DNA from: an uncultured delta proteobacterium
GTDB lineage: Bacteria > Myxococcota_A > Polyangia > Palsa-1104
NCBI GenBank assembly: GCA_963785725.1
Contig: CAWAWS010000029.1
Location: 64,001-128,000, forward strand
Length of the DNA stretch: 64,000 nt
Reading direction: 5' to 3'
Shown: piece by piece, positions 62,326-64,000 of the stretch
Numbering within the stretch: position 1 is the stretch's first letter
Layout of the letters: every line of letters starts with the position of its first letter
The notes under the pieces: generated by a model
What the model was told of the DNA's origin: nothing
The model's input: only the letters and a program-made list of their open reading frames with translations
Database searches by the model: none
Made by a program: the position numbers and the translations under genes

Positions 62326-62916
62326 ATGTCGCGACTCATCCACGTCCTCGTGATCCTCGTGATCGCGACGCGCGTCGTCTATGCCGCCGATGACCCGAAC
62401 ATGGCGCGCAAGCTGTTCATGTCGGGCACCAAGCACTTCGATCTCGGCGAATACGAGCAGGCGCTGAGCGACTTCAAGGAAGCCTATCGAATCAAGGACG
62501 ATCCGGTGCTGCTCTTCAACATCGGGCAGTGCCATCGCATGCTGAAGCACAACGAAGACGCGGTGCACGCCTACAAGTCCTATTTGTCGCGGGCGAGCGA
62601 CGCGGTCAATCGCGCCGACGTGGAGCGCAAGATCGCGGCGCTGCAAGAGGCCATCGACAAGCAGAATCGCGCCGCCGAGATGCCGTCGCACGATGTCATG
62701 CAGCACGATCAGGCGCCGCCGCCCGCGGTCGCGCCGCCGCCGGCGCCCGTCGTCGTGGTCGCGGCGCCGGTCGCCGAGCCGGAGCGCCGGCCGATCTATA
62801 AACGCTGGTGGCTGTGGACGGCCGTCGGTGGCGTGGTCGTCGTCGGGCTCGGTGTCGGGCTCGGCGTCGGCCTCACGCAGCACAAAGACAGCGTGTTTCC
62901 GGCGGTGAGCTACTGA
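62326..62916 (+). CDS. Exported TPR protein with C-terminal membrane segment
   Basis: A..LF..G..HFDLGEYEQAL..F..AY, LLFNIGQCHR; PIYKRWWLWTAVGGVVVVGLGVG. Confidence 0.85.
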   Translation: MSRLIHVLVILVIATRVVYAADDPNMARKLFMSGTKHFDLGEYEQALSDFKEAYRIKDDPVLLFNIGQCHRMLKHNEDAVHAYKSYLSRASDAVNRADVERKIAALQEAIDKQNRAAEMPSHDVMQHDQAPPPAVAPPPAPVVVVAAPVAEPERRPIYKRWWLWTAVGGVVVVGLGVGLGVGLTQHKDSVFPAVSY

Positions 62917-64000
62917 TGCGCGCGTCGGCGATTGCGCTCTTGGCGCTGGCCGGCTGCGGCGGCGTCGATCCCTGCAGCGGTCAGAGCGGCACCTGCGTGA
63001 CGGTGACCGTGAGCTCGACGCACATCTCGCGGCTCGATGATCTCGAGCTGACGGCGTCGGGCGTCGTCACCGGCCCGCGCTCGTCGAAGACGGGCAGCGA
63101 GCGGCTGCCGATCAAGCTGGCGCTGCATCTACCGGCGACGGCGAGCGGCACGCTGAGCCTGAGCGTCGTCGGCGAGCTCGCCGGCACCGTCGCCGGCAGC
63201 GGGCACGGCAGCGTCGGGGTCACGCCGGGCGCGCACGTGGCGCTTCCGATCGACCTCGAGCCGGGCCAGCCGGCGGTCGGCGCCGACCTGTCGAACGGCG
63301 TCGCCGCCGATCTGTCGCTGCCGCCGGCGGGCGCCGATCTGTCGGTGACCGGCGACGGTGCGCCGCCGCCGGTGACGTTCACGCCGACCGCGCCGGTCAC
63401 GCAGGGCGACGTCGCCAGCAATCCGCTGCTCGGCGACTTCACGCTCCCGGCCGGCAGCACGCTCTTCAACAGCGACACCGGCGCCATCAGCAACGGCGCG
63501 ACCGCGCTGCGCGCCGCCAACGGCGTCTTCATCGAACCGCGAGGTCAGCAGCGGCATCGCCTTCCACACGGCGGGCGGCGTCGGCATCTTCAGCTTCGCC
63601 ACGCTGTCGGTTCCCGCGGGCGCGACGCTCAAAATCGTGGGCACGCTGCCGATCGCGCTCGTGAGCACGACGCACTTGAACGTCGACGGCATCATCCTCG
63701 CGCAGGCCATGGACATCAACGGCAACGTCTGCATCTTCACGGCCGATAGCGCGGGCGCGGGTGCGGGCGGCGCGGCCGGCATCACGCCCGAGCCGAACAC
63801 GAAGAACGGCAAAGCCGGCGGCGGGCTCGGCGGCGGCGCCGGTGGCACCGCGGTCGGCGCAGGGTGGACCGAGCGTGTCGGGCGGCGGCGGTGGACATGC
63901 CGCGGCGGGTGGCGTGGCCGGTCAGCCGCAGACCGGCGAGAACGGCGCCGCCGGCGGCAAAGCCTACGACACGCCGACGCTGTCGCCCTATCACGGCGGC
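62916..64000 (+). CDS. Gly-rich lipoprotein (partial; frameshift near 63522, possibly more)
   Basis: MRASAIALLALAGC, TGATG coupling, DLS linker; second frame continues NREVSSGIAF...GGGLGGGAGG. Confidence 0.72.

Overview
High-GC bacterial chromosomal window. Its gene content (MglA-type GTPase, Hanks kinase with PEGA-like tail, FHA-sigma54 activator, TPR protein with a 'YKRWWLW' anchor, many Cys-rich lipoproteins) points to Myxococcota, probably Polyangia-like; this is inference. From the left: a flagellar basal-body operon (flgB-flgC-fliE-fliF-fliG) with a sigma54 activator, a two-component cluster, cls, two Ser/Thr kinases, an AT-richer MBOAT+SGNH pair, cydAB, eno, hsp20, tkt, rlmI plus an ATP-grasp ligase, pepP, an MglA-like GTPase, beta-barrel paralogs, an orphan DpnA-like methyltransferase, an M4 peptidase-permease-DedA operon, and a cobalamin riboswitch controlling a NiCoT/UreH-type transporter. 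The right end is accessory: a CT/PT-like ADP-ribosyltransferase, a membrane-anchored ECF sigma with periplasmic repeats and PDZ, a 5x98-aa repeat lipoprotein and a metallophosphoesterase. Main findings: the orphan ART, flagellar genes in a myxobacterium-like genome, sigma54 and -10 promoters sitting directly on start codons (near-leaderless), and a recurrent D-[LM]-x linker motif in unrelated lipoproteins. Several single-base frameshifts (cls, cydA, eno, GTPase, last ORF) are probably consensus errors. No rRNA, tRNA, CRISPR array or transposase was recognised. All calls come from motif recognition by eye; no searches were run.
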